The translations under genes were made by a program, and so were the position numbers. Below the pieces are notes generated by a model. It was not told the origin of the DNA. It made no database searches and was given only the letters and a program-made list of their open reading frames with translations. From an uncultured Alphaproteobacteria bacterium (GTDB lineage: Bacteria; Pseudomonadota; Alphaproteobacteria; CBDUYM01), in contig CBDUYM010000012.1 in the NCBI GenBank assembly GCA_965371465.1, positions 15,821 to 79,820 on the forward strand: a DNA stretch of 64,000 nt, given 5' to 3'. The number at the start of each line of letters is the position of its first letter. Within the stretch, counting starts at the first letter, position 1. Positions 27,235-38,129 of the stretch are shown piece after piece.

Positions 27235-27999
27235 ATGCGTGAAGTGAAAGTCCGGACAATCTGGGCGAATGGTGGTGCGGTGGTTAACGGCTGGCTCAGC
27301 ATTCCGAATGTCTACACGGCGGAAATAATGGCCAATTGCGGGTGGGATTCGATCACCATCGACATGCAGCATGGGCTTGTCGGTTATCAGGAAGCTGTGA
27401 ACATGCTGACCGCACTTTCGACCACCGATGTGACGCCCTTTGTGCGCGTGCCATGGATGGAGGAAGGCATCGTCATGAAGATGCTGGATGCCGGTGCGAT
27501 GGGTATCATCTGCCCGATGGTCAACAACAAGGCGGAAGCGGAGCGTCTGGCCGCGGCCTGCAAATATGCGCCGCAGGGCATCAGAAGCGTCGGCCCGATC
27601 CGCGCCGGGCTCTATGCCGGGGGTGATTACTTTGCAAATGCCAACGAGCAGACAATTTGCTGCGCCATGATCGAAACCAAAGAAGCGGTGGAGAACATGG
27701 ACGAGATCATGGCTGTTGATGGTATCGACATGGTCTACGTCGGGCCATCGGACCTCTCACTCACCTATGGCCTGCCACCGGCGCAGAACAACAAGGACAA
27801 CGCAACCTATGAAGCGCAGGTTGCGGTCGTTGCCGGCGCCAAGAAGCATGGCATCAAGGCCGGGCTTCACAACGCGTCCGCAGCCTATGCCAAAGAGATG
27901 GTGGACCTTGGGTTCGATTTCGTGACGGCGGGATCAGATTCAGGATCGATCGCACGTTCGGCTCGCGCTGACATAGCGACAGCGCGCGGCGAAGGCTGA
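27235..27999 (+). CDS. HpcH/HpaI-family aldolase
   Basis: Start refined to MREVKVRTIWANGG; (beta/alpha)8 aldolase-family pattern including DMVYVGPSDLS. Confidence 0.8.
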   Translation: MREVKVRTIWANGGAVVNGWLSIPNVYTAEIMANCGWDSITIDMQHGLVGYQEAVNMLTALSTTDVTPFVRVPWMEEGIVMKMLDAGAMGIICPMVNNKAEAERLAAACKYAPQGIRSVGPIRAGLYAGGDYFANANEQTICCAMIETKEAVENMDEIMAVDGIDMVYVGPSDLSLTYGLPPAQNNKDNATYEAQVAVVAGAKKHGIKAGLHNASAAYAKEMVDLGFDFVTAGSDSGSIARSARADIATARGEG

Positions 28000-28017
28000 T
28001 CTTCGGAAGTTACATCT

Positions 28018-28485
28018 ATGGCAGTTGAATCAAGATGGGCGGTCGAGGGCATTGACCTCGCCCGCCCCGAAGTTTTTGCGCATTGGGCCGAAGTCGCCCT
28101 TCGCTTTTCCGACCAGGACGCCGTGGGGCATGTCAACAATGTGGCCTATGCGGCCCTTGTTGAGTCAGGCCGTATCGCCTACATGCGTGAAGAAACAAAA
28201 TTCATGCACAACACGCTCTTTGGATTTGCAGCGCTTCACATAAATTTCATTCAGGAAATGTTCTATCCGGGGGTGGCCAGTGTAGGGACAGTTGTTGTCG
28301 GCGTGGGCGAGAGGTCCTTCATGATCGGTCATGGTATTTTCAAAGATGATATCCTGTATGCCACTGCCACGGGCACAATGGCGCATCGCGGGAAAGTTGA
28401 CGGTGTGACCCAAACGATCCCGGATGACACGCGGCGGGTGCTGGAATCCTTGCGTCAAGAGGCCCTTGCGCGGAGCTCAGGTTAG
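28018..28485 (+). CDS. Acyl-CoA thioesterase (hotdog fold, YbgC/4HBT-like)
   Basis: RFSDQDAVGHVNNVAYAALVESGRIAYM hotdog-thioesterase signature. Confidence 0.75.
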   Translation: MAVESRWAVEGIDLARPEVFAHWAEVALRFSDQDAVGHVNNVAYAALVESGRIAYMREETKFMHNTLFGFAALHINFIQEMFYPGVASVGTVVVGVGERSFMIGHGIFKDDILYATATGTMAHRGKVDGVTQTIPDDTRRVLESLRQEALARSSG

Positions 28486-28527
28486 CTGGCACACTTGTGG
28501 CGGCTTTAGACGTGAGGAAACAGAAAA

Positions 28528-29499
28528 ATGGTTCAGACGAAGTCAGCTACTGGCGAGCTGCAATCGATGGCCGCCACGGGGGACAAGGCGGAACGGCGCG
28601 TCCTTGAAGATATTGAGTCTCTTGGCCTGAGCCGTCATGTGCTTGAGCTGGAAGTCCAGGGCTTCACGGTTTTGCCTGGCGCCCTTTCGGAAGACCGCGT
28701 TGAACGCGCAAAGGCAGCCATTTTAAAGAGGGTTGAGCGCCAGACCAGTTGTACGATCGATCCAGATACGGCAACGGCTGATGACTTCCACGGTATGGCC
28801 TACCAGCATTACCTGATATTCGATGATCCTGTGTTCCAGGAAATCCTGCTTGAGCCAGAGCCACTCGCTCTGGTGACCTACCTCCTTGGCGAGAGCTGCG
28901 TTTTGTCGTCCATGGGCAGTCACTTTCGCGGTCCGGGCGGCATGCCGCTGGGTGCTCATGTTGACGGGCAGTCGGACCCGTTCTTGACCGAAGCGGCGTC
29001 GATTGCAAATTGCAACTATGCGCTTACGCCCTACACCCAGGAGGGCGGCGCACTTGTCATGTTTCCCGGCAGTCACAGAAAGCGGCGCCAACCAACGGCA
29101 CATGAGAACTGGACTGCTGGCGGTGAAACCATCCCCGAAATAATCGCCAAGAAACTTGCGCCAGAGGATCTCGATAAGGTCGAATGGGAAATTCCCAGGG
29201 GCGGTGTAACCATGGAGATTAATCCGGGCGACGCGGTGATCTGGCATGGCAATTCCTGGCACGCGGGCTGGCGTCGAGACGTCGCGGGCACGCGCATAAA
29301 CCTCGCGGCCTACTTCTGTCGTCCTTTCATGTCGACCCAGGAACTGCGCGGCGATGAGCGCCAATCCGAAGTGTTCGAACGCTATTCTAACGAACCCCGC
29401 TTTGCGACACTCATGGGAGCTAACGTGTTCAATGGCTGGCGAGAAGAAGGGCCGGATTTCAGTGGAAGAAAGACAAGCCCGCGAGGTCTTTTCGACTAG
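28528..29499 (+). CDS. Phytanoyl-CoA dioxygenase (PhyH) family Fe(II)/2-oxoglutarate oxygenase
   Basis: H-x-D (GAHVDGQ) and distal His (WHGNSWHAG) arrangement typical of PhyH. Confidence 0.75.
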   Translation: MVQTKSATGELQSMAATGDKAERRVLEDIESLGLSRHVLELEVQGFTVLPGALSEDRVERAKAAILKRVERQTSCTIDPDTATADDFHGMAYQHYLIFDDPVFQEILLEPEPLALVTYLLGESCVLSSMGSHFRGPGGMPLGAHVDGQSDPFLTEAASIANCNYALTPYTQEGGALVMFPGSHRKRRQPTAHENWTAGGETIPEIIAKKLAPEDLDKVEWEIPRGGVTMEINPGDAVIWHGNSWHAGWRRDVAGTRINLAAYFCRPFMSTQELRGDERQSEVFERYSNEPRFATLMGANVFNGWREEGPDFSGRKTSPRGLFD

Positions 29500-29547
29500 C
29501 TCGCCGGTTTGAGATGTTATGGAACGCGCCGAGCCATGCCATTGAGA

Positions 29548-30261
29548 CTATTCGTTTCGCGTAAGCGCCGCGGCAGCGAATTCAGCCATAGTCTCGAACC
29601 GGATGTCACAGGGCGGCCAGGGCTTGCCTTCGGCTTCCAGATCGCTCAACAGGTCCTGGCGGTCTATCCAGCAAGTTTGAAGGCCAAGGTCATGAGCGGG
29701 TTCGATGTCGTGATAAACGCTTTGCGCGACGTGCAGAAGTTCGATCGGGCGAAAGCCCCAATCCGTGACGGTCTGGACAAGATAACGGAAGTTCGCAAGC
29801 GAAGGCTTGTAACTGCCGATGTCTTCAGCGGTCAGAATTGCATCAAACTCGATGCCAAGCGCATTATTGGTCAGACGGAAGCTTGCATTGTCGACATTCG
29901 ACAGAATGATAAGACGATATCTCTTTCGCAGCGCCGCAAGTGCCCCCACCGTATCAGGGAAGAGAGGCCAGGTGCCAACTGTCGCGGCGAAGGCATAGGC
30001 CTGGTCCTGCCTTGAGGTGAGCCCCCATTGCTCGCCAAGTGCGGCATGGGTTTCAGCCAGAATGTCCTGATAGGAGGCGCTCTGCCGGGCCTCTTCCACG
30101 GCTGCTTCAGCTTCGACATAGGCCGCCAGGATCTCGTCCCGTGTTTTCTCCTGCTCATTTTCCTGTAACCAGGGCAGAAGTGCGGCCTCAATGCCGGAGG
30201 CCCAATCGACGAGAGTGCCGTAGCAGTCGAAACTCAGAACTCTGATACCGGAGAAATCCAT
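29548..30261 (-). CDS. HAD-superfamily hydrolase (haloacid dehalogenase type II-like)
   Basis: Start refined to MDFSGIRVLSFDCYGTLVDW (HAD motif I D-x-Y-G-T), SNVDN, K and D motifs follow. Confidence 0.8.
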   Translation of the reverse strand: MDFSGIRVLSFDCYGTLVDWASGIEAALLPWLQENEQEKTRDEILAAYVEAEAAVEEARQSASYQDILAETHAALGEQWGLTSRQDQAYAFAATVGTWPLFPDTVGALAALRKRYRLIILSNVDNASFRLTNNALGIEFDAILTAEDIGSYKPSLANFRYLVQTVTDWGFRPIELLHVAQSVYHDIEPAHDLGLQTCWIDRQDLLSDLEAEGKPWPPCDIRFETMAEFAAAALTRNE

Positions 30262-30354
30262 CGGCCCTGTTCCAGTATGAGAAACTCGTTGAACGCAATG
30301 CTGGCAACTAGTATGCCAGAAAACAACAATTGCGAATATGGCAGGAGAGAAATC

Positions 30355-31317
30355 ATGAAAGCAGCGGTTTATTACGAAACGGGTGGTCCTGAGGTCTTCA
30401 AGTATGAGGAAATGGACGATCCGACCTGCCACCCAAAAGGCATCATTGTGGATATCGAAGCTATCAGCATTGAAGGCGGCGATGTTCTTGGGCGTGCCGG
30501 CGGCATGCTGCGCACAAACCCGCATATAGTCGGCTATCAGTCCGCCGGTACGATCCGCGAAGTGGGAGCGGAGGTTACAGATCGAAAGCCTGGCCAGCGT
30601 GTGGTGACATCGGGCGGCGATGGATCTCATGCATCCGTGCGTTCGGTGCCCGTCAGGGGCTCATGGCTGATTCCCGATGGCATGGACATCAAGATTGCAT
30701 CCGGCATCCCGATACCGTTCGGTACTGCGGACGACTGTCTGTTCGAATTCGGGCGTTTGCAAAAGGGCGAAACCGCGCTCATTCAGGGCGGCGGCGGCGG
30801 CGTTGGCCTGGCCGCGATCCAGCTTGCCAAGCGCGCAGGTGCACGCGTCCTTGCCACAGCGTCCACCGACGAAAAGCTTGAGCGGCTCAAGGAATTCGGC
30901 ATGGATGAAGGTATCAACTATGTTGAAAAGGATCTCGTGCCCGAGGTCATGCGCCTGACCGACAATCGTGGTGTTGATGTGGTTGTCGATCCGGTTGGCG
31001 GCGAAACCCTGCAAAAGAGCATTAACTCTCTTGGTTACAGGGGGCGCTGCGTCACTGTCGGCAACGCCAGCCGCGGTGGCATGAAGCATGAAATCGGTGG
31101 CCTCATGGCCGGGAACCGGAGCATCACGGGCGTATTCCTGGGTGCAGAGATTGGTGGCGACCGCGCCTACAATATGATCCAGGACCGCATCAACGAGGTT
31201 GCCGCCGGTGAGCTGCAAGTCGTCATCGACAGTGAATTCCCGCTATCAGACGCCGCTGGCGCACATGCCCATATCGAAAGCCGCAAGGCGTTCGGGCGGG
31301 TATTGCTGATTCCGTAG
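30355..31317 (+). CDS. Zinc-binding alcohol dehydrogenase / quinone oxidoreductase family (MDR) protein
   Basis: Start refined to MKAAVYYETGGPEV; cofactor site LIQGGGGGVGLAAIQLAK. Confidence 0.85.
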   Translation: MKAAVYYETGGPEVFKYEEMDDPTCHPKGIIVDIEAISIEGGDVLGRAGGMLRTNPHIVGYQSAGTIREVGAEVTDRKPGQRVVTSGGDGSHASVRSVPVRGSWLIPDGMDIKIASGIPIPFGTADDCLFEFGRLQKGETALIQGGGGGVGLAAIQLAKRAGARVLATASTDEKLERLKEFGMDEGINYVEKDLVPEVMRLTDNRGVDVVVDPVGGETLQKSINSLGYRGRCVTVGNASRGGMKHEIGGLMAGNRSITGVFLGAEIGGDRAYNMIQDRINEVAAGELQVVIDSEFPLSDAAGAHAHIESRKAFGRVLLIP

Positions 31318-31532
31318 GGGTGGGAACCAACCCTTCCTGCTTCCGCGGAAACACCCAGGATTGGCTGGCGCTCAGGCCGCCGTCGACGGCAGTGATAGTG
31401 GTGCGCTTTCCGTCCAGTTCGCCTGCAGTCCAGCCCGGACAAATCTAGGGCTGTCAATCTTGTTACGTGATCTGGCGTGGCGGATCAGTCCTGTGCTATA
31501 TCCCGCTCCCTCAAATCGAAAGACTCTTGGAA

Positions 31533-33056
31533 ATGTCGTTGCTGATCGCGAACAATCTGGTCTTTGCCTACGGGGCCGAGAACATCCTGAAGGGCCTGTC
31601 CTTCACGGTGGAAGAACGTGATCGCATTGGCCTTGCCGGCAATAACGGTTCAGGCAAATCGACGTTGCTGCGCTTGCTTGCCGGCGACTTCGAGCTCGAC
31701 AAGGGTGGTGTCAGCAAATCCCGTGGCCTGACAACGGCCTTTGTGCCGCAGGAATCGCCTGAAGGCCTTGAAGACCTCCCCATCTTTGATCTGGTTGCAA
31801 ACTGGCTGCCGGAGGAGGAGAGAGAATATCTTGCTTACCGGGTCGAGCTTGCGCTTCAGGCGCTTGGCTTTGAAGAAGAGCGCTGGCAGGATCCTTTTGG
31901 AACCTTGAGCGCCGGATGGCAGCGGCTTGCGCTCATTGCCCGGGCGGCGGTGGTGGAACCTGATCTTCTTCTTCTCGATGAGCCGACAAATTATCTTGAT
32001 GTGGGAAAAATCCTCAGGCTCGAGCGCTGGCTTCGCGACGATGTGCGATCAGGGGTGATCATGGTGAGTCATGATCGCGCCATGCTGGACGCAACGGCCA
32101 ATCGCACGTTCTTTTTGCGCGATGGCTTGCTGACGTCCTTCTCCGAACCCTTTGGCCGGGCGCGTGAACTTCTCGAAGAACAGGATCTGGCAGCGGCGAA
32201 AGCGCGGGCGGCGGAAGAGGTTGAAATCAAGCGTCTGCAAAAGAGCGCCAAGCGTCTCGCGCTCTGGGGCTCGCAATATGACAATGTCAAATTTATAAGA
32301 CGCGCCCAGAGCATGGAAAAGCGAATTGATCGCCTGAAAGATGATCAGACAAGTGTCGTGTCCGATGACCGACGAAGGCTGGAGCTGCGCGACGCCGAGA
32401 TGCGTCCGAACATTCTTCTCAGGGTCAACCATCTTGAGGTGAAGACGCCGGATGACACCCATCTTTTTGACATTGAAAGCCTTATCGTCGCCAAAGGCGA
32501 CAGGATCGCGCTTCTTGGGCCAAATGGGGCAGGGAAATCGACATTCCTCTCTTACCTGGACCGTGCGTCCCAGGATAAAGAGCAGCGAATTATGCGCGAA
32601 GCCGACATTGCCTTTAATCCGCAATGCGAAGTTGGCTTCTTTGATCAGGAACTCTCCCGGTTACCACCAGATGTGGGAGTATTCAGATTTTTCTCGTCCA
32701 CGTTCAGCGTTGGCGACACGCTGCTCAGAAGTCAGCTGGTCAGGGCGGGCTACCCGGCAACGGAACATGACCGGCCTATTGGCATGCTTTCCGGCGGCGA
32801 GAGATCGCGGCTTATGTTCCTTCTTCTGAAACTTGAAAACCCGAATTTCCTTATTCTTGATGAGCCGACCAATCACCTCGATCTCAAAGGCTGCGAGCAG
32901 CTTGAAGAGGAGATCCTTGAAAAAGAGCTGACTGCAGTGCTTATTTCCCATGACCGCCGTTTCGTTGATGCCGTGGCCACGCGCTTCGTCATGATCGGAA
33001 ACCGGGGCTTACGCGAAATCGACAGCGCCGAGGAATTCTACGAGACGCTGCGGTAG
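31533..33056 (+). CDS. ABC-F family ATPase (two ABC domains, no TMD)
   Basis: Two Walker A sites (GNNGSGKST; GPNGAGKST), two signature motifs (LSAGWQ; LSGGER), inter-domain linker; start refined to MSLLIANN. Confidence 0.85.
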   Translation: MSLLIANNLVFAYGAENILKGLSFTVEERDRIGLAGNNGSGKSTLLRLLAGDFELDKGGVSKSRGLTTAFVPQESPEGLEDLPIFDLVANWLPEEEREYLAYRVELALQALGFEEERWQDPFGTLSAGWQRLALIARAAVVEPDLLLLDEPTNYLDVGKILRLERWLRDDVRSGVIMVSHDRAMLDATANRTFFLRDGLLTSFSEPFGRARELLEEQDLAAAKARAAEEVEIKRLQKSAKRLALWGSQYDNVKFIRRAQSMEKRIDRLKDDQTSVVSDDRRRLELRDAEMRPNILLRVNHLEVKTPDDTHLFDIESLIVAKGDRIALLGPNGAGKSTFLSYLDRASQDKEQRIMREADIAFNPQCEVGFFDQELSRLPPDVGVFRFFSSTFSVGDTLLRSQLVRAGYPATEHDRPIGMLSGGERSRLMFLLLKLENPNFLILDEPTNHLDLKGCEQLEEEILEKELTAVLISHDRRFVDAVATRFVMIGNRGLREIDSAEEFYETLR

Positions 33057-33098
33057 GGCACACGTTCACCTATTGAAACAGAACTGTTTTTCTGGAGA

Positions 33099-34325
33099 TC
33101 AGACCAGTATCAGCCCATCTTCGCCCGGCGGCAGGTCGCCGACGACGTTGGCTTCCCGCAGTTTCGCGATGTCATCTGATGAGCGGCCAATTTCAGCGAG
33201 AATTTCATCTGTGTGCTGACCAAGGGTCGGGGCTGGCATATTGATTTCTGTTTTCCGGCCGTCATAGAGAGCGGGTGGTCTTGGCTGGCGGATGACACCG
33301 GCGGTGGGGTGAGTGTATTCTATCAATGTCTCGTTATGGATGACTTGTGCGTCGTCGAATACTTCCTCGCGCGTCAATACTTTGGCGGCGGCGAGTTCTT
33401 CGGCGTAGAGCCTTTCGCAAAGCTCATCCGTGTCCCACTTGGCGATCTCCTCTTTGACCATGGTCTGGTAGTCTTCCATGTGGCCAACAAGCGCCATAAT
33501 GGTGGAAAATCTTGGGTCTTCAAGCCAGTCCTCCCGCTTCAGAGCTCGACAAAGGCCCTCCCAGGTGGCTTGGGAAGCAATCAGTATTGTAATAAAGCCA
33601 TTCTTGGTCTCTATAACCTTATAGGTCTCATTGAGATATGAGAATTCGACCATACCTTCGCCGACGAAGGTGTGATTCCACATGCCATCCAGCCAGACAA
33701 AATGAAGCCCGGCATCCATCATCGCCATTTGCAGATGCTGGCCGCCGCCGCCTTTTTCGCGGTGGAGAAGTGCCGCTGTAATGGCCTGGGCGGTGGTCAG
33801 CGCTGTGACTTTGTCGACGACGTAGGTGCTGAACATCTGTGGCTTGCCAGTTTCGGGGTCGGCTTGCTGGCGGGCGAATACCATGGACCCCTGGATGACA
33901 CTGTCGAACACCTGACGTTTGATGTTGGGGCCGGTCAGACCGAATCCCGTGACAGAGACGAAGATAATGTCCGGATTGATTTTCTTCATATCCTCATAAT
34001 CAATGCCAAGCCGATCATCAACACCGGGGCGCATGTTCGCAACCATGACATCGGCGTCGCGCACAAGATCACGAAGAATCTGAACGCCCTCCGGCAGCTT
34101 CACATCCAGCATGATGGAACGCTTTGATCGGTTCATCATCAGGCCGGCACCGCCAAATCCGCCACGCCAGCCGCCCATGCTGCGGGCCAAATCACCAACG
34201 ATCGGTTTTTCAACTTTGATGACATCGGCCCCCTGGTCACCCAGAATCTGGGTGCACATCGGGCCTGAGATAATGGTGGTGAGGTCGATGACCTTCACGC
34301 CTTCAAGCGGGCGGGTTATGTCCAT
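33099..34325 (-). CDS. CaiB/BaiF-family CoA transferase
   Basis: LEGVKVIDLTTIISGPMCTQILGDQGADVIKVE N-terminus typical of family III CoA transferases. Confidence 0.85.
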   Translation of the reverse strand: MDITRPLEGVKVIDLTTIISGPMCTQILGDQGADVIKVEKPIVGDLARSMGGWRGGFGGAGLMMNRSKRSIMLDVKLPEGVQILRDLVRDADVMVANMRPGVDDRLGIDYEDMKKINPDIIFVSVTGFGLTGPNIKRQVFDSVIQGSMVFARQQADPETGKPQMFSTYVVDKVTALTTAQAITAALLHREKGGGGQHLQMAMMDAGLHFVWLDGMWNHTFVGEGMVEFSYLNETYKVIETKNGFITILIASQATWEGLCRALKREDWLEDPRFSTIMALVGHMEDYQTMVKEEIAKWDTDELCERLYAEELAAAKVLTREEVFDDAQVIHNETLIEYTHPTAGVIRQPRPPALYDGRKTEINMPAPTLGQHTDEILAEIGRSSDDIAKLREANVVGDLPPGEDGLILV

Positions 34326-34414
34326 GGCAATTTCCTGATTGCAAACTGTTTCTCACTGGGCCGGAAGTTTCGCTGGAAAGGGCAAGTCAGGCAAGTGGCG
34401 AAAGACGAAATCCT

Positions 34415-35704
34415 TCAGGATGAACTGAGATCCTGCTCTGCTGCTGGCCTTTCAACCAGTCTGATCAATCGTTCGCGCCAGCGATAGAGGCCGAGGGAGG
34501 CGAGAATGGTCAGCAGGCCGGCTGTAATGGTCGGCGCTTCAAAACCGAAGCGGTCTGCCGATGCGCCAAGCAACCATGCGCCAATCGCTGGGACGCCCCT
34601 GAAGATAAGCCCCCACAGGCTCATGACGCGGCCGCGCATGCGGCCATCGACTGTGCTCTGCACCAATGTCTGGGTGCCGGTACCGCAAACGGAAATGAAG
34701 AAGCTCGCCATCATCACGGCGCCGAGGCCGATGTAAAAGTTGTCGGTCGAGACGAACAGAATGGCGAAGACACCGGTCAATACGATGGCGGCAAGGGAAA
34801 TGTTCGTTAGCCCGTCCATGCGGCCACGGCTTGCAAGCCAGACGCCCGAGATGACTGCGCCGATGCCAGCTGCAGTGGTCAGCATGGCGAAGCCCCGCAC
34901 GCCTTCAGAAAACACCTCGTCCGCAAAACCGGGCAACAATTCGAGAAACGGTCGACCGATCAATGCGATGACAATACTGATCATCAGGATCGGCCCGATT
35001 GCGGCATGGGAGGCGGCATAGCGGATGCCTTCGACCATATCCTTCAGGACGCTTGCGCCTTTTGAGCCGCCTTCCTCAGATTTGTCGACGGTGAGACCGA
35101 GAAGGACCACAACAAACAGAATGTAGCTGAAAGCGTTGAAAGCGAATGCCGGGATGTAACCGAAGTAAAAGATAGTTGCGCCACCGATCAGCGGGCCAAC
35201 GGAACGTGCCGAATTGAAGACGACCGAGTTAAAGGCAAGGGCCGAGTTCAGATCACGTGCCCGCACTAGGTTCGGCACAATGGCGAGCCTCGGCGGCTGT
35301 GAAAAGGCTGAGATCACGCCAACCATCAGTGTGAGTGCGACAAGAAGTTCAGGCGTCATCAGATCAAGGAACACCAGCGTGCCCACAGCGATGGCCTGGA
35401 CGGCGGCCAGACTTTGGGTCACGGCAATGATCATGACCCGGTCGTGGCGGTCGGCAAAAACACCGGCGAGGGGGCCGAGAATAACCGCTGGAAAGAGATC
35501 GGCGAAAGCGACGGCGCCAATCCAGAATCCCTGGTCGGTCAGCTCCCACATCAGCCACATCACGGCGATCCGGTGGAGCCAAAGCCCAATCAGAGACACA
35601 CCATTCGACGACATGTAGAGCGTATAATTGCGGTTCGAAAACAGGCTGCGATAAGCAGCAATTGGGCCTGCTCGGGGACTGGATGGGGTACGCGTGCTGC
35701 TCAT
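34415..35704 (-). CDS. MFS transporter
   Basis: 429 aa, about 12 TM helices; FADRHDR motif region. Confidence 0.8.
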   Translation of the reverse strand: MSSTRTPSSPRAGPIAAYRSLFSNRNYTLYMSSNGVSLIGLWLHRIAVMWLMWELTDQGFWIGAVAFADLFPAVILGPLAGVFADRHDRVMIIAVTQSLAAVQAIAVGTLVFLDLMTPELLVALTLMVGVISAFSQPPRLAIVPNLVRARDLNSALAFNSVVFNSARSVGPLIGGATIFYFGYIPAFAFNAFSYILFVVVLLGLTVDKSEEGGSKGASVLKDMVEGIRYAASHAAIGPILMISIVIALIGRPFLELLPGFADEVFSEGVRGFAMLTTAAGIGAVISGVWLASRGRMDGLTNISLAAIVLTGVFAILFVSTDNFYIGLGAVMMASFFISVCGTGTQTLVQSTVDGRMRGRVMSLWGLIFRGVPAIGAWLLGASADRFGFEAPTITAGLLTILASLGLYRWRERLIRLVERPAAEQDLSSS

Positions 35705-35817
35705 GGGATCAGTCTTAGCATGTGAGCGACTAAAGGCCAGTGGGAGCGGGGTTCTATTGTCCGATGCTTCAATCTATGCTCGACTGCCGGCAATCACTTG
35801 CTGGCGTGGAGAGAGAA

Positions 35818-37149
35818 ATGTCTGATTTGTTGCAGAACCCCTGGCCCCTGGTGCCGTCGGCGCGGATGACTGAGATCGTGCGGACCGAGGGAGTCTATCT
35901 CCACTATAAGGACGGCCGGAAAATTCTCGATGCCTGCGGCGGGGCGATTGTCTCGAACGTCGGCCATGGCCGGCCGGAAATTGCTGAAGCTGTCGCCAAG
36001 TCCATGAAAAATATCTCTTACGTTGTGCCACCCTACGCGACCGAAGAACGGCTCGGCCTTGCGGAACGATTGCAGAACCACTGGCTGCCTGATGGTGTCA
36101 CACGCATATTCCTGACCAGCGGTGGATCGGAAAGTACCGACAGTGCAGTGAAGCTTGCCCGGCAATACCAGGTGCTTTCGGGTCATCCGGATCGCTGGAA
36201 AGTCATTGGCCGGGATGTTTCCTATCATGGGACAACGCTCGGCGCTCTCGCTGTCGGTGGCCATACGGCAAGGCGGAAGGGTATGGAGCCTTTCCTGACG
36301 GACTTCCCCCATGCGCCGCCCCATTATTGCCTGCGCTGCCCATTGTCGAAATCCTATCCGGGCTGCGATGTTGCCTGCGCGGATGAGCTGGAAGTCATAA
36401 TCGAACGCGAAGGACCGGAGACAGTTTCCGCTTTCATTGCCGAGCCCGTCAATGGCGGCAGCGGCGCCGCGCTGACGCCGCCTGATGAATACTGGCCGCG
36501 CATACGCGAGATCTGTGACAAGTACGGTATCCTGATAATTTGCGACGAAGTCATGTCGGGCTTCGGCCGTACCGGCAGGAACTTCGCCATCGAGCATTGG
36601 GATGTAACCCCTGATATTATCACCGGCGGCAAGGGTCTCGCCGGCGGCTATGCTCCCCTTGGCGGCGTCTATGCCACTGATGATGTTGTTATGCCGCTGG
36701 CGGAAGCAGGTCAGTCGCTGATGTTCAATACATTCGGTGGCCATCCAACAGCCTGTGCGGCGGCGAACGCTGTCCTCGATATTATGGTCGAAGAAAAACT
36801 GGTGGAGCGTGCGGCTTATCTCGGCGACTTGCTGACCAAGCGATTCTCGAGCCTGCGTCAACATCCTCATGTGGCTGAAATCAGGGGCAAAGGCCTTCTC
36901 TGGGGGCTGGAGTTTGTAAAGGACCGCGATACGCTGGAACGTTTTCCTGAAGAGGCCAGAATGGGCAACAAGGTGGTCACCGAAGGCTATCGTCGCGGCG
37001 TCGCTTTCTATCCCGGCGGCAATGGCAACGAAGCGCGAGATATGATCATCTTTGGCCCGGCCATGGTGGTGACGGATGATGAGATCGACACCATTGTCTC
37101 GGTGCTGGAAGAAGCCATTGATGCGGCAGCGGCAGCGGCGCTCAACTGA
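35818..37149 (+). CDS. Class III (omega) aminotransferase, PLP-dependent
   Basis: Start refined to MSDLLQNPW; ICDEVMSGFGRTG PLP-lysine region. Confidence 0.85.
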   Translation: MSDLLQNPWPLVPSARMTEIVRTEGVYLHYKDGRKILDACGGAIVSNVGHGRPEIAEAVAKSMKNISYVVPPYATEERLGLAERLQNHWLPDGVTRIFLTSGGSESTDSAVKLARQYQVLSGHPDRWKVIGRDVSYHGTTLGALAVGGHTARRKGMEPFLTDFPHAPPHYCLRCPLSKSYPGCDVACADELEVIIEREGPETVSAFIAEPVNGGSGAALTPPDEYWPRIREICDKYGILIICDEVMSGFGRTGRNFAIEHWDVTPDIITGGKGLAGGYAPLGGVYATDDVVMPLAEAGQSLMFNTFGGHPTACAAANAVLDIMVEEKLVERAAYLGDLLTKRFSSLRQHPHVAEIRGKGLLWGLEFVKDRDTLERFPEEARMGNKVVTEGYRRGVAFYPGGNGNEARDMIIFGPAMVVTDDEIDTIVSVLEEAIDAAAAAALN

Positions 37150-37229
37150 CCTCTAAGCTGCTTGCAGTCGCACGGGCCAGGGCGTATGTTCCGGCCCCGC
37201 ATTCAGGCTAATAATGGAGCACGAAGATC

Positions 37230-38117
37230 ATGTCCAATCCTCAGTTCAAAGGGTCAATTACCGCACTGATTACGCCCTTTAAAGGGGGCAAGCTGGACGA
37301 AAAGGGATTTGCAAAGTTAGTCGACTGGCAGATCGGTGAGGGGACGCATGGTCTTGTCCCCTGCGGCACGACGGGTGAGAGCCCGACCTTAAGCCATGCA
37401 GAGCATCATCGTGTGGTCGAAATCTGCATCGAAGCCGCTGGAGGGCGCGTGCCGGTGATAGCCGGGGCGGGCTCGAACTCTACTCAAGAAGCCGTGAGCC
37501 TTGCGGTTCATGCAGAGGAAGCCGGTGCAGATGCGGTGCTGGTAGTGACACCCTACTATAACAAGCCGACCCAGGCCGGCATGTATGCCCACTTCAAGGC
37601 GGTCAACGATGCGATTGGCATTCCCATCATCATCTACAACATCCCGCCGCGCTCTGTGGTCAATATGTCGGTGGAGACGATGGGCGATCTCTACAAGCTT
37701 GAAAATATTATCGGTGTGAAGGATGCCACCGCCGACCTCGCACGGGTCAGCCAGCAGCGTGTCGAAATTGGCGAGGATTTTTTACAGCTTTCGGGAGAGG
37801 ACGCAACCGCGCTGGCGCTTTTTGCCCATGGCGGCCACGGCTGCATTTCTGTGACCTCCAATGTAGCACCGTCTCTTTGCTCTGAGTTTCAGACATATCT
37901 GATGGCTGGCGATTTTCCGTCAGCGCTTAAAGTCCAGGATCGGCTGATGCCGCTTCACGACGCGCTGTTTTGTGAAAGCAGCCCCGGACCGGTAAAGCAT
38001 GCGGCAGGGCTTCTGGGCCTTTGCGGCGACGAAACCAGGCTTCCCCTTGTGCCTATTGCGGAAGCATCCAAGACGAAAGTCGAGACAGCGCTTCGTTCCG
38101 CAGGGCTTTTGAACTGA
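37230..38117 (+). CDS. dapA: 4-hydroxy-tetrahydrodipicolinate synthase
   Basis: [10 protein letters not shown]...[10 protein letters not shown]...IIYNIP signature of DapA. Confidence 0.9.
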   Translation: MSNPQFKGSITALITPFKGGKLDEKGFAKLVDWQIGEGTHGLVPCGTTGESPTLSHAEHHRVVEICIEAAGGRVPVIAGAGSNSTQEAVSLAVHAEEAGADAVLVVTPYYNKPTQAGMYAHFKAVNDAIGIPIIIYNIPPRSVVNMSVETMGDLYKLENIIGVKDATADLARVSQQRVEIGEDFLQLSGEDATALALFAHGGHGCISVTSNVAPSLCSEFQTYLMAGDFPSALKVQDRLMPLHDALFCESSPGPVKHAAGLLGLCGDETRLPLVPIAEASKTKVETALRSAGLLN

Positions 38118-38129
38118 ACCGGTGATGTC

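Noticed and set aside
35794-36870. 358-aa ORF on the minus strand
   Set aside because: Antisense to the well-supported class III aminotransferase gene; no motifs.
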